Shown: one piece after another, positions 19,476 to 28,831 of the stretch
How positions within the stretch are numbered: position 1 is the first letter of the stretch
Layout: each line of letters begins with the position of its first letter
DNA from: a virus
IMG/VR virus record: IMGVR_UViG_3300022879_000002
Location: 1-64,000 of that record
DNA: 64,000 nucleotides
Reading direction: 5' to 3' (one strand)
Program-made: the position numbers and the translations under genes
Notes under the pieces: model-generated
Databases searched by the model: none
The model's input: only the letters and a program-made list of their open reading frames with translations
What the model was told of the DNA's origin: nothing

Positions 19476-20534
19476 CTATATTTTATATATGTTATTTTTA
19501 TATAAGCTATCCCATACTTCCTTACCTTTATCTGTAGGAGAATCCTTATGTTCTAAATTGTTTTCAATATCAATAATTCCGTACTTCATTCTTCCAGTTA
19601 ATTTAGATGCCTCTTTCTTCACATATTCAGCATCTTTATCTTTGTCAAAAGCAAATATGTATTTTATATCTAAGCCTAAATCTTTTAATAATTTTATTTG
19701 AACAGGAGATAATGTATCGCCTTCTATTCCTACTGCATTAGGGTATCTCCACTGAGTTAGGAACATTGTTGTTTTCCCACCTTCTACAACGATTACTTCT
19801 TTTAAACGTTGTATATAAGGTAGTGCTCTGTGCAGATTAAATAACTCTATGGATTTGTTACATGGCAATAAATAAAGGTACTTGTACTTATCCTCGATTT
19901 CTTTGTTCTTACCACAATACCTACCCTTTATACCAATTAATTCACCGTTCTTATTATGTATTGGAAATGTAATACGCTCCGTATTTACGTCGATACTTAT
20001 TTGAAAATACTTTTGAGTAGATATACTCAATCCTTCCTCATACCACTTGTAATAAGGAACTATACTGTTTACATTTATGTGTTCTTCATTAATCACTTCA
20101 TTTAAAACATTTTTTTGACTTTCCTTCACAGAAGCCTTTTTTAGCCAATCATTATATCCCTTTACTGGCAATTGTATATCGGAAGTAACTTTATAGAATT
20201 CGTCTATAAACTCTGGATAGTTTAATTTGTTACATACCCAAAATTTACTTTTTGACAAAGTATCTTTTCTTTCTTGATCAGTTTCAGAACCATAAATAAT
20301 ATAACTTACTATATCGTAAATACTTCCGTTTATTCCTCTTGATCGAATGCTACTTGACAAAGCTTCATTATTCCTAACTTGAACACTTCTTTTATTTTCA
20401 CCATCAGGTAATCCTGCGACATACAGCTTACCATTTTGCTCTGTCTCAATCCCCCAACAATCTAAATGCTCCAACAGTTCTTCTATACGATTTTCTGTAT
20501 ATATCCTTGTTTTTATCTGTTGTAGTTCAGACAT
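19476..20534 (-). CDS. DNA primase (TOPRIM; YorJ-like)
   Basis: RITFPIHN...GIKGR, LFNL, VVEG, FAFDKD. Confidence 0.88.
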   Translation of the reverse strand: MSELQQIKTRIYTENRIEELLEHLDCWGIETEQNGKLYVAGLPDGENKRSVQVRNNEALSSSIRSRGINGSIYDIVSYIIYGSETDQERKDTLSKSKFWVCNKLNYPEFIDEFYKVTSDIQLPVKGYNDWLKKASVKESQKNVLNEVINEEHINVNSIVPYYKWYEEGLSISTQKYFQISIDVNTERITFPIHNKNGELIGIKGRYCGKNKEIEDKYKYLYLLPCNKSIELFNLHRALPYIQRLKEVIVVEGGKTTMFLTQWRYPNAVGIEGDTLSPVQIKLLKDLGLDIKYIFAFDKDKDAEYVKKEASKLTGRMKYGIIDIENNLEHKDSPTDKGKEVWDSLYKNNIYKI

Positions 20535-20555
20535 CCCTCCACCTACTTATATCAT

Positions 20556-22049
20556 TTAATTTCCGTAACGAGGAACTTTAACTAAAGCTACTTCTTTGAA
20601 TGAGTTTATTTCATAATTTGCTTCATAGATTATTTGTTCATCTTCTGAACCGAAACGATTCTTTGATAAAAATAATACAAGGTACTTTTTTTCTTTATCT
20701 AATTTATAATCTACTTTATACCATTCTCCTGTTAGCTCATCTTTCTTATAGTTATAAGGCTTAAGAGCAAATTTACAGCCTTCATATTCGTCATCGTATA
20801 GGAGTCTACCCATCATAACAACTGCGGCAACCTCATTAATCTCCATACTTTTACCTGTGCTATCTAAGTCAAGGAATCGTGTTTCTTTACCTAGCTTCAA
20901 TTGTACTGTAGCTAAAGTTCCGACATTGTAATTATCTTCTTTAATCAATTCATGTAACTCTTGTGCTGAGTTAGAAAATGCTTCCCAACGTGCCATATCA
21001 TTTTGTGAACGATCAGGCTTAAATGTATCTATTATTAACTTTGAATATCCTTTAGGACGATACAATTCAACTCTATTATGTATATCTTGCATACGGAATT
21101 TCTTTAACTCTAATGTTTTAATTAAACCTTGACCGTTTTCTCTAGCCCATTTTGATGCATTCCGTAATTTATCGAACATTTCAGGTGAGAAATTTCCACT
21201 GTTCATTTTCTCACGGTTAATTGGCTTCTTTAGTACTTTGGTAGAAATAGTTGCTAATAGTAACTGCCTCCACTTTTTAACGCTCTCCTCATTGATCGCT
21301 AGAATAGCTTTCTCTTTGTTCTCAAATAAACTAAGAATAAACTTCTCCATAGCTATAGAACTTTTACCAACTCCTGAAGATAACACTAGGTAATAAAGCG
21401 ATCCATTCTTCCAACCTTTGATTTTCCTATTTAATATCGGCGCATCGTGCAATGGAATTCCCATAGCTTCACCTTTATCTAATTCTTCAATAGTCTCATC
21501 TAAGTTATCCACTAAGTCATGCTCTATAACATCGCCTGAATTAACTTGAGCAAAGGCTTCTTTAGCTTTAACCTGTATGTACAGTTGTGCTTGTTTCAAT
21601 GTTACCTTGCATAGTTTATTTATTAAAACTTTATCATTTACATTGATCAGAGCCTCATCCTGTAATTTTCTTAAGCTCTCATACTTCTGTATTTCGCTAA
21701 AATGGTACTCATCATTTTGTGAATCGTTCTTACAGGCATCCATCAGTTCAGAAATAGTGCCGTATCCACCAAACATGTTATAAGAGTCAATATAGCTTTT
21801 CTTCCCAACTTCTTTTGGTTGAGAAACAATATATGTATAAACTGTTTTATCGTCAAAGTCTCGAATACCGTTATTGTACATTTCAAATCCTAAAGTAAAA
21901 TAAAAGTACCAAACATTTTCTGTAAATGTTTCTTTTGTAATCTTATGTGTTTTATACTTTTGATACAGGTTAGGATTATTCCATAGATATCCATTAAGTA
22001 AAGACTCATGTAAAAACGAGGGCTCTACAAACTCTTTAGCATAATTCAA
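20556..22049 (-). CDS. DnaB-like replicative helicase (YorI-like)
   Basis: SSGVGKS Walker A, IIDTFK, VQL, KNRFG. Confidence 0.9.
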   Translation of the reverse strand: MNYAKEFVEPSFLHESLLNGYLWNNPNLYQKYKTHKITKETFTENVWYFYFTLGFEMYNNGIRDFDDKTVYTYIVSQPKEVGKKSYIDSYNMFGGYGTISELMDACKNDSQNDEYHFSEIQKYESLRKLQDEALINVNDKVLINKLCKVTLKQAQLYIQVKAKEAFAQVNSGDVIEHDLVDNLDETIEELDKGEAMGIPLHDAPILNRKIKGWKNGSLYYLVLSSGVGKSSIAMEKFILSLFENKEKAILAINEESVKKWRQLLLATISTKVLKKPINREKMNSGNFSPEMFDKLRNASKWARENGQGLIKTLELKKFRMQDIHNRVELYRPKGYSKLIIDTFKPDRSQNDMARWEAFSNSAQELHELIKEDNYNVGTLATVQLKLGKETRFLDLDSTGKSMEINEVAAVVMMGRLLYDDEYEGCKFALKPYNYKKDELTGEWYKVDYKLDKEKKYLVLFLSKNRFGSEDEQIIYEANYEINSFKEVALVKVPRYGN

Positions 22050-22062
22050 TAGTTTTCAACTC

Positions 22063-22662
22063 CTACAATAATTCTGAAATATCCATTTCGTCTACTTTCT
22101 TTACCTCTTTCTTTTTGACATTAATTTCGATTGATTCTACTGACACCTTACTTTTAAAGGTTTCTGCTTTCTCTTTTTGTTCATTCATAATATTAATATC
22201 GTTAACACTTTTAGTTATAATTCCAAACACATACGAGAATTCGTTCCATTTCTCTTTAAAATGCATTTTACGTACTACATCATCAATTGTATTTGCATTG
22301 TATCGGTAAGACTGAAGCATTAATTCATAAGGAACACCTGATTTATATTTTTTAACCTTCTTATTATTAATCTTTATTGTTCCATTTCGTAAATCCTGTA
22401 TCTTTTCCATCATTCTCTCATCTAAAGATATAAGTCCATGAAGATTTAATAGGTAATCATATAAGTTTTTAAGCTTATCAGCTTCGATTCTTTTATATTC
22501 TTTATCATCTAAAAACAATTCATGACATGATGTATGAAAATACTTTCTAAACATTTTAGGCGATCCGTTCTTATTAAATTTTCCAGTTGGTTTCTCATCA
22601 CAATACATTTTTTCTTTCTCACCAATATCTTTACACCATTGGCATTTTGGCATTTCTTTCAC
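22063..22662 (-). CDS. YorH-like protein (N-terminal Zn-binding motif)
   Basis: KCQWC...YFHTSCH; position between ATPase and helicase as in SPbeta. Confidence 0.75.
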   Translation of the reverse strand: MKEMPKCQWCKDIGEKEKMYCDEKPTGKFNKNGSPKMFRKYFHTSCHELFLDDKEYKRIEADKLKNLYDYLLNLHGLISLDERMMEKIQDLRNGTIKINNKKVKKYKSGVPYELMLQSYRYNANTIDDVVRKMHFKEKWNEFSYVFGIITKSVNDINIMNEQKEKAETFKSKVSVESIEINVKKKEVKKVDEMDISELL

Positions 22663-22678
22663 CTCTTAGTTAAAAATA

Positions 22679-22708
22679 GAGGGTAGAATAAAACTATCCT
22701 ACCCTATT
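22679..22708 (-). terminator. Intrinsic terminator-like hairpin
   Basis: GGGTAGGATA/TATTCTACCC stem followed by a T-rich tail. Confidence 0.55.
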
Positions 22709-22715
22709 TATGTAT

Positions 22716-23870
22716 TTACTTAGATACAATTTTTGTTACAATATCTAAAGCTTTTTTAAGGTTCTCGATATTACCTTTTTCTTGCATATAGTTCTTCACT
22801 TTGAAAGCTTTTTCAAATTCTGCCCCTGCTTTAATCTTTTGTTCTTGTGTCATAGTAGATATAACTTCCTCAATTTGAGAAAACACTTTGTCAGGATCAT
22901 TCTCTAATTTATCAGCAAAATCTTTAACCTTTTCTTCTCGTTCAACTTGTTCTTCCTCTTTTAATTCTTCAACTGTTTGAGTAGTCTTCTTTAACTGACC
23001 TTTTACTGCATCTTCAAATACGCTAAGAAAGTTTTCTGCACTGTATTCCACTTTTTCTGGTAAATCAGTATAACGCCCTCCTGCAATTTCAACATATTCC
23101 GATGGTCGGAAGTACATCATTGTACGTGTATCGTGGAAGTTAGTTGCCTTTTCTTTACCTTTTTTATCTTTAATATTCTCATCTAATTCATTACCTGCTT
23201 TATCTAATACTGATGTTTCATTGAATAAGCAACAAATTAGTGATGCCTGTGATTCAAATACCTTACGTCCAGTATTATTCATCATTAATTGAATAGAGTT
23301 ATACTTCTTACCATCGTGTAAAGTTGTTTCCTTTTCTTTAGTCCATGCGATGTGAAACAGTCCGTAACCTGCATTTTTTAAAGTTTCAAACGGTTTCTTT
23401 AACTCTTCCCCTAAGATAACCCATCCATTTTCAGATGTATTGTCTGAAATTTCTTGAAGAGATGCAAATACTTTTCCGTATTTTCGTCCACGATCATATA
23501 ACAGCCATGCTGTACAAGCATCAATCGCTCTGTCCGCTGTATCTGTTCCTATTAACTTTGTAATACGACTTTCTTTTGCCTCTTTTACTAACTCAGGAAC
23601 AACGGTTTTCTTGAAATAATCCCATACTTTCCATAGCGTATCGTCAGTACCTTGTTCATGTAACGGAACGATATTATCTAATTCCCATGTTTCATAGCCG
23701 TCTTCAAATGCCATCAACAGTACATCATCTGGTGAAGCATAATGTAGCTCCGTTACTTCCTTCCATAACCGTGTTTTACCTGTCTTGTATCCTCCTGCCA
23801 CTAGCGTTGTAATACTTTGTAATTCTACCTTTGGTGTATTGTTTTTTACTTTGTCTCGGAATCCTGCCAT
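22716..23870 (-). CDS. P-loop ATPase (YorG/Sak4-like)
   Basis: GGYKTGKT Walker A, DTAD; start moved to ATG 23870 after RBS GGAGAG. Confidence 0.85.
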   Translation of the reverse strand: MAGFRDKVKNNTPKVELQSITTLVAGGYKTGKTRLWKEVTELHYASPDDVLLMAFEDGYETWELDNIVPLHEQGTDDTLWKVWDYFKKTVVPELVKEAKESRITKLIGTDTADRAIDACTAWLLYDRGRKYGKVFASLQEISDNTSENGWVILGEELKKPFETLKNAGYGLFHIAWTKEKETTLHDGKKYNSIQLMMNNTGRKVFESQASLICCLFNETSVLDKAGNELDENIKDKKGKEKATNFHDTRTMMYFRPSEYVEIAGGRYTDLPEKVEYSAENFLSVFEDAVKGQLKKTTQTVEELKEEEQVEREEKVKDFADKLENDPDKVFSQIEEVISTMTQEQKIKAGAEFEKAFKVKNYMQEKGNIENLKKALDIVTKIVSK

Positions 23871-23961
23871 ATAAATAAATCTCTCCATTTAATTTATGTA
23901 TTTTTATTTTTAATTCAAGGAATAGATAAACTTTTTTCAGATATATTTTAGGTCTTCAGAT

Positions 23962-25317
23962 CTAGAAAGGAAGGTCATCCTCACTAACTTCAATTGGTGA
24001 TTTTGAAAATGGATCTTCATTGCTTGTTTGATTTAAAGTAATCTCATCTTCATTCAGTAATTCACGAGCAAAAGTACCTTGAATATAACGTAATACCTCT
24101 AAACCTTTTTTCGTACCCGATGAAGCTTGCTCATAACTTGTAACTTTCTCACTTACATCTTCAAACGGATTATCGTCTTCTTTTTCTGCTACTTCTACCA
24201 TAGTAAACTCTGCTCGATTATTATCAATACCTTCTACTACTAGGAAGTCTAAGTGATTTAGTCGTCCAAATGCTGTAGCAAATGGAGTTTTACCTTCTTC
24301 TGCTTCTTTATAGTAAACTACTAACTCAACATCTCGTGGGACTGACTTGTCTTTACCATAATCTAAGTACACTCCATTGATCTTAGTATCTAAAGTTGTT
24401 TCATCTTGATATGTAGATTTAATACCTAACTGCATTTCAAATGAGTTAATTTCTGTAAAATTCTCATCTTTAAAATTTCGTACATAAGAAACATAATTGT
24501 AACCTCTACTGCCGTCTGCTTTAGGTAAACCAATTTGACTATCTACATTATTTTTAATTGTAATTCGTTCACCTTCTACTATTGTTGAAGTATATTCTTG
24601 TTCTGCTCGTTTTCCTTCTACATTGTCAATGACTTTAGTTAAATACAATTTTCCACCTTCAGGATTTAACCATCCTACACGAACAGTTGCTACGCCTTCT
24701 TTATTGGCTTTACCCATACCTAAGTAATTTCCATCTTCAGCAGAATCGTAGGCTTTGAAAGTATCTCCTTCTGTTAAACCTTTAATCGTAACTTCACCAT
24801 TTTTAAGTGGAACGATATGTTCAATAATTCGTTTAACATTATTGATTACTTCACCTTCATCATTAGTAAATGAACTAAATTCATACTTACCCTTTACTTC
24901 CACCCACATATCTTTTTCTACAATTTTTCCAAGGCGTTCTGTTTTGTCCCAATCAGTTTGAATTAAATGATATGTTTCATCTGGATATTTAGATTTATCT
25001 AAACGATCATTCCAATCAAGTTTTGCTGTTTTCTTATGAGTTGAACTGTAAGCATAGGCATCCTTCATTTCCATACCTGCTAGTTCAACTTTAAGTTCAT
25101 TTTTAAATGCTGTTTCAATAATAAACTGTAATACTCGACGGTCTTTATCAGTTTGCGTTTTGTTAGTGTCGAAGATTTCAACATCATACCAACTATCTGT
25201 ATCTTTATCTTTCTTTTGCACTGGTTTAACTTTCCCCACAAAGTGGAAACTATTTGAAAACTCTTTACCTTCGTGTTTTTTGTTAATCTTAATTTCGCCT
25301 TTATTCTTCTTAGCCAT
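23962..25317 (-). CDS. SSB-like replication protein (YorF-like) with internal Ig-like insertion
   Basis: SNSFHFVGKV, acidic C-terminal tail ...EDDLPF typical of SSBs; start moved to 25317. Confidence 0.7.
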   Translation of the reverse strand: MAKKNKGEIKINKKHEGKEFSNSFHFVGKVKPVQKKDKDTDSWYDVEIFDTNKTQTDKDRRVLQFIIETAFKNELKVELAGMEMKDAYAYSSTHKKTAKLDWNDRLDKSKYPDETYHLIQTDWDKTERLGKIVEKDMWVEVKGKYEFSSFTNDEGEVINNVKRIIEHIVPLKNGEVTIKGLTEGDTFKAYDSAEDGNYLGMGKANKEGVATVRVGWLNPEGGKLYLTKVIDNVEGKRAEQEYTSTIVEGERITIKNNVDSQIGLPKADGSRGYNYVSYVRNFKDENFTEINSFEMQLGIKSTYQDETTLDTKINGVYLDYGKDKSVPRDVELVVYYKEAEEGKTPFATAFGRLNHLDFLVVEGIDNNRAEFTMVEVAEKEDDNPFEDVSEKVTSYEQASSGTKKGLEVLRYIQGTFARELLNEDEITLNQTSNEDPFSKSPIEVSEDDLPF

Positions 25318-25358
25318 ATAAATAAATCTCTCCATTTCAATTATGTATTTTATCACTT

Positions 25359-25511
25359 AACTATCGAACCGATCACAATGTACCTAACTAAAGTTTAAAT
25401 AATATTAGGATTTTATTGAGAACATTTGATGAGTTTAGAACATGTGTTATTTTATATTTACCTACGAATAGTTAAATTTTAATTATTTACATCGCTCATG
25501 GTTCGATAGTT
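25359..25511 (-). ncRNA. Candidate structured leader with 12-bp closing stem upstream of the replication operon
   Basis: AACTATCGAACC 25359-70 / GGTTCGATAGTT 25500-11; inner pairing with GU wobbles on the minus strand. Confidence 0.4.
25438..25451. promoter_or_regulatory. Putative LexA (Cheo) box
   Basis: AGAACATGTGTTAT versus GAAC-N4-GTTC; second weaker GAAC at about 25420. Confidence 0.5.
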
Positions 25512-25533
25512 TAACTAGCCTATGTATCATATC

Positions 25534-26166
25534 TCATTTATCTTCTATAAGACAATCCTTTTCTTCTAACCCTTCACGTTTAAAATAATACTTACTCCTT
25601 TTATTCATCCAAGGAGGAGGTTTGATTTCTTTCCATTGCTCTTTATTCAAAACACTATTTTTAACTACTTTCACTACTTGTTTCTCATACTCTCTTAATC
25701 CAACGTATTCATTACCTTGATCAATGGCTTTAGCGATCTCTGACAATATAAAAGCATCAGTAACATTATCACTTGGATGTTTAAATCCCCATCGTCTTTC
25801 TATTGGTACAACCATTGTCTTTTTAGAAGAGTTTCCATTTCCAGTTGCAAATTTCTTTAATGTTTTTGGAGCCACATCATAATAAGTGAATCCTGCCCTA
25901 TGAAGATGCTCCCTTATAATCCACCCTACTCCAAACTGATAATCAATACCTTGTCCTAACGAATTATAACTGAAGTTTTCGATACAAATGATATCAGTTT
26001 TTATGTTTAGTTTCTTAATTATCTCTTCAGCAATATAGATCATTCTTTCTGGGTCTTTCTTGTATGTATAAAATAAATCAGTTTCAACTACAATCTTACC
26101 TTTTTCATCCTGTATAAAGAAGCCTGTCATTGATGAGGGGTCAATTCCAACATATCGCTTTGTCAA
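25534..26166 (-). CDS. RuvC-like Holliday junction resolvase
   Basis: YVGIDPS, ICIENF, VAPKTLKKFATGNG, DNVTDA. Confidence 0.88.
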   Translation of the reverse strand: MTKRYVGIDPSSMTGFFIQDEKGKIVVETDLFYTYKKDPERMIYIAEEIIKKLNIKTDIICIENFSYNSLGQGIDYQFGVGWIIREHLHRAGFTYYDVAPKTLKKFATGNGNSSKKTMVVPIERRWGFKHPSDNVTDAFILSEIAKAIDQGNEYVGLREYEKQVVKVVKNSVLNKEQWKEIKPPPWMNKRSKYYFKREGLEEKDCLIEDK

Positions 26167-26588
26167 TCAGCATCGACCTCTTCTGTTTCTTCTACATCCT
26201 CTGTTGATTTCTTCCTTCCTCTACCCTTTGTAGATTCTCCTAGATTAATTACAATTTTATCTTTTATGTATTCATACATTTCATTAGCAACCTCATCAAC
26301 ATGTGCACATGCTTTGTCTAATGCTGCAATAAATTTATCAACATTTGAAATATCCTCAGAAGTTAATCCTTCTCTAAATTCTTCTTCTAATAAACGTTGC
26401 ATTAATACCTTAAAGTTACCAAAGTGCTTTTCATTGCCATATGCGTACTCATCAACTAATGGTGCATTTTTCCCTTTCCCACCACGTTTCTGATATTTGA
26501 AGCTTAGTGTTTTATTGTAGCGATCAAAGCTAATTCTATGTTGTGATGTTAGCTGTACTTGATTGGACTCTAATGTAGTTTCTACCAT
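26163..26588 (-). CDS. Hypothetical protein
   Basis: ORF; overlaps resolvase start. Confidence 0.75.
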   Translation of the reverse strand: MVETTLESNQVQLTSQHRISFDRYNKTLSFKYQKRGGKGKNAPLVDEYAYGNEKHFGNFKVLMQRLLEEEFREGLTSEDISNVDKFIAALDKACAHVDEVANEMYEYIKDKIVINLGESTKGRGRKKSTEDVEETEEVDAD

Positions 26589-26602
26589 TTAATCACCTTA
26601 CT

Positions 26603-26785
26603 TTATGTATTTTTATTAATAATATCATTTCTTATAAAATGTAATTCTAGTAGCAGCTTTTTGATTGTCTTATCACACCAAACAGCATCGTTACGAGTAA
26701 ATTCTTGCTGTTCATTTAATATATCTAGCTCATTAAGAATCTCAACCTCTTGATCATAAGTCAATCTACTGACCATTGTCCTCAC
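26603..26785 (-). CDS. Hypothetical protein
   Basis: ORF downstream of promoter. Confidence 0.65.
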   Translation of the reverse strand: MRTMVSRLTYDQEVEILNELDILNEQQEFTRNDAVWCDKTIKKLLLELHFIRNDIINKNT

Positions 26786-26807
26786 TCCCTTTCTTAACTA
26801 TATTCTT

Positions 26808-26851
26808 ATTATAACATCATCATTTTTTATTTCAAGTATTTTTATGTATTT
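26808..26851 (-). promoter_or_regulatory. SigA-type promoter TTGAAA-16-(TGn)TATAAT with upstream box
   Basis: -10 at 26808-13, -35 at 26830-35, box at 26842. Confidence 0.7.
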
Positions 26852-26857
26852 ATTTAA

Positions 26858-27424
26858 TTAATTTTTAAGATCAGATTTAACCGCAGCCAATTCCTTTTGT
26901 AATTGCTCAATTTGTGCCTCTATACTACTTACCTTTTCTAACTTTTTCTTATGTAATAAATCTTTTTCAAAAGATGTTAACCACTTTTCTTCTAAAGCCC
27001 ATAGATTACACTCTTGTCCTTGAAACTCATGATTAATCATTTTAACTTCTTTTAGAATGGATACCTTTGGTAATTGTACATCACAGTTTACTCCGCAGCA
27101 ATCTTTAATTACATTATAACCTTCATCATCAGGATTACATTGACAGTAGCCACCTCGCATATCACCAATATCTAATTCAATAGTAAATGATATAGTTTCA
27201 TTATGACTGTAAATCTCCAACCATCCATTAGAATACGAATCATTTTCATCAGCATCATTAAAGTCAATGATATATCCTTTTTCCTGATACGTATCTAAAA
27301 GCTCTTTTATTTCTTGATAATTACTAAGTTGAATTAATGTTTTGTAGTATGGAATCAGTGTCTTTTTAGTTGACTCGTCTTGATTAAGGATCAGTTCTTT
27401 AAAATCCTTATAAAATTTATGCAT
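26858..27424 (-). CDS. Hypothetical protein (Cys-rich)
   Basis: ORF track. Confidence 0.75.
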   Translation of the reverse strand: MHKFYKDFKELILNQDESTKKTLIPYYKTLIQLSNYQEIKELLDTYQEKGYIIDFNDADENDSYSNGWLEIYSHNETISFTIELDIGDMRGGYCQCNPDDEGYNVIKDCCGVNCDVQLPKVSILKEVKMINHEFQGQECNLWALEEKWLTSFEKDLLHKKKLEKVSSIEAQIEQLQKELAAVKSDLKN

Positions 27425-27461
27425 CTATCTTCCTCCAATTTTTATAAAATGTGATTATTAT

Positions 27462-27794
27462 TTAAACTAATTCACTTTCATCAAATTCATCAAAAGTGAT
27501 TTTTGCATAGCAGCTTTGGATTTTTCCATTCTTAAAATACTTTTTCCAGATATCATCATTCTCTTCACCTTCACCACTTAGTAAGAAAATCACTTCAGGG
27601 TATTGCAATGATAACTGTTTCATATCTTTTTCATGATCGTACCATTTTACGCTATCACACATTTCCCCATTATCGTCAATTGCATAATCAAATCCTTCAA
27701 AATCAAACTTCCCTTCTTCCCATTCATTATAGATATCCTTGATTGATTTATCACCTGTATGAATTGTTAGATTAAAAGTTGTACTATACCCCAA
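27462..27794 (-). CDS. Conserved hypothetical phage protein
   Basis: MGYST...KWYDHEKDM..LS..YPE..F.L.GEGEE. Confidence 0.8.
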   Translation of the reverse strand: MGYSTTFNLTIHTGDKSIKDIYNEWEEGKFDFEGFDYAIDDNGEMCDSVKWYDHEKDMKQLSLQYPEVIFLLSGEGEENDDIWKKYFKNGKIQSCYAKITFDEFDESELV

Positions 27795-27853
27795 TATTAC
27801 CTTCTCCTTTTTCTTATGTATTTTTTAATAAAACTGAAATATTATTTAATTTA

Positions 27854-28762
27854 CTAACTAAAAATTTCACGTTTAGTCATTTTTACTTTCTGAATAATAA
27901 GATGGTTCAAAGTTTTAAAATCAACTTTAGGTTGCTTATGCTTCTTAATGATATTCCAAGTCTCCTCTTTGATTAACTCTGAGAACACTCTACCTAATAA
28001 CATAGGAATGTATTTACTTGTCCAACCCTCATTTTCATTTACAATTTTAGCGTATTCTTTTTCAATGAATGCTTCTGTACAATACTCATCTACAATAACC
28101 TCTTCGATCATCTTCCCTGTTTTAATTTCATTATACCCCATAGCTTTATTATGTATTTCCTTAAATTCAGTAGTAACGATCTTAGCCCATGTTTGACGTT
28201 TATATTTGTTGTAGAAGTTATAGTTCTTAATTACAACCCCTTCACCTACTCCTGCTCCATCTTTAATCAAAAATTGATTCTTATCTAAAGATTTTAGAAA
28301 CGCTTCATAATTACTGTTTACAACTTTGGCAATAGGAATAATGAAATCTAAGTTGTATTCTTCTAATAAAGGCTTATAGATGTCATATGGAATGTACTCT
28401 ACACTATCTTCGCCTTTATCAATAGTAATATCAAACACATAGAATTTACGCCAAGCATCTTCTCGATAAGTTTTTAGTGAGTGAGGTACTAACCATTCAC
28501 CATATAATCGATGAGTAGGATGCGCTTTTAGATAGCTCTTAATATTTTCATTACTCAACACATATTCATAGAATCCTGCATTATCTTTCTCTAAAGACAG
28601 TTCTCGATTTCAACTACCTGCTTTAATATTTCCTTCTTCATCTAACCATACACTAGCATTAGTTCCGTCTAAATTAGGGAAGATCAATACTTCTCCGAAT
28701 TCAATATCTGCTACATCATCAGTTCCGTATCGCTCTAAATGTTGGTATTTTTTAAATTGCAT
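27854..28762 (-). pseudogene. RNA ligase (Rnl2-type nucleotidyltransferase), disrupted
   Basis: Real start ATG 28762 (MQFKKYQHLER); motif I reads FPNLDGTN (catalytic K to N, codon 30); in-frame TGA at 28610-12 in GS*NRE; LYGEW, FYVFD, GEGVVIK, AKIV intact. Confidence 0.85.
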
Positions 28763-28831
28763 ATTAAGTCTCTCCTTAATTTATGTAATAGTTATTTTAA
28801 TTTTATAAAAGCAGAATATTATTTAAGTCAA

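Noticed and set aside
25080-25340. 86-aa minus-strand ORF
   Set aside because: Out-of-frame overlap with the SSB-like gene
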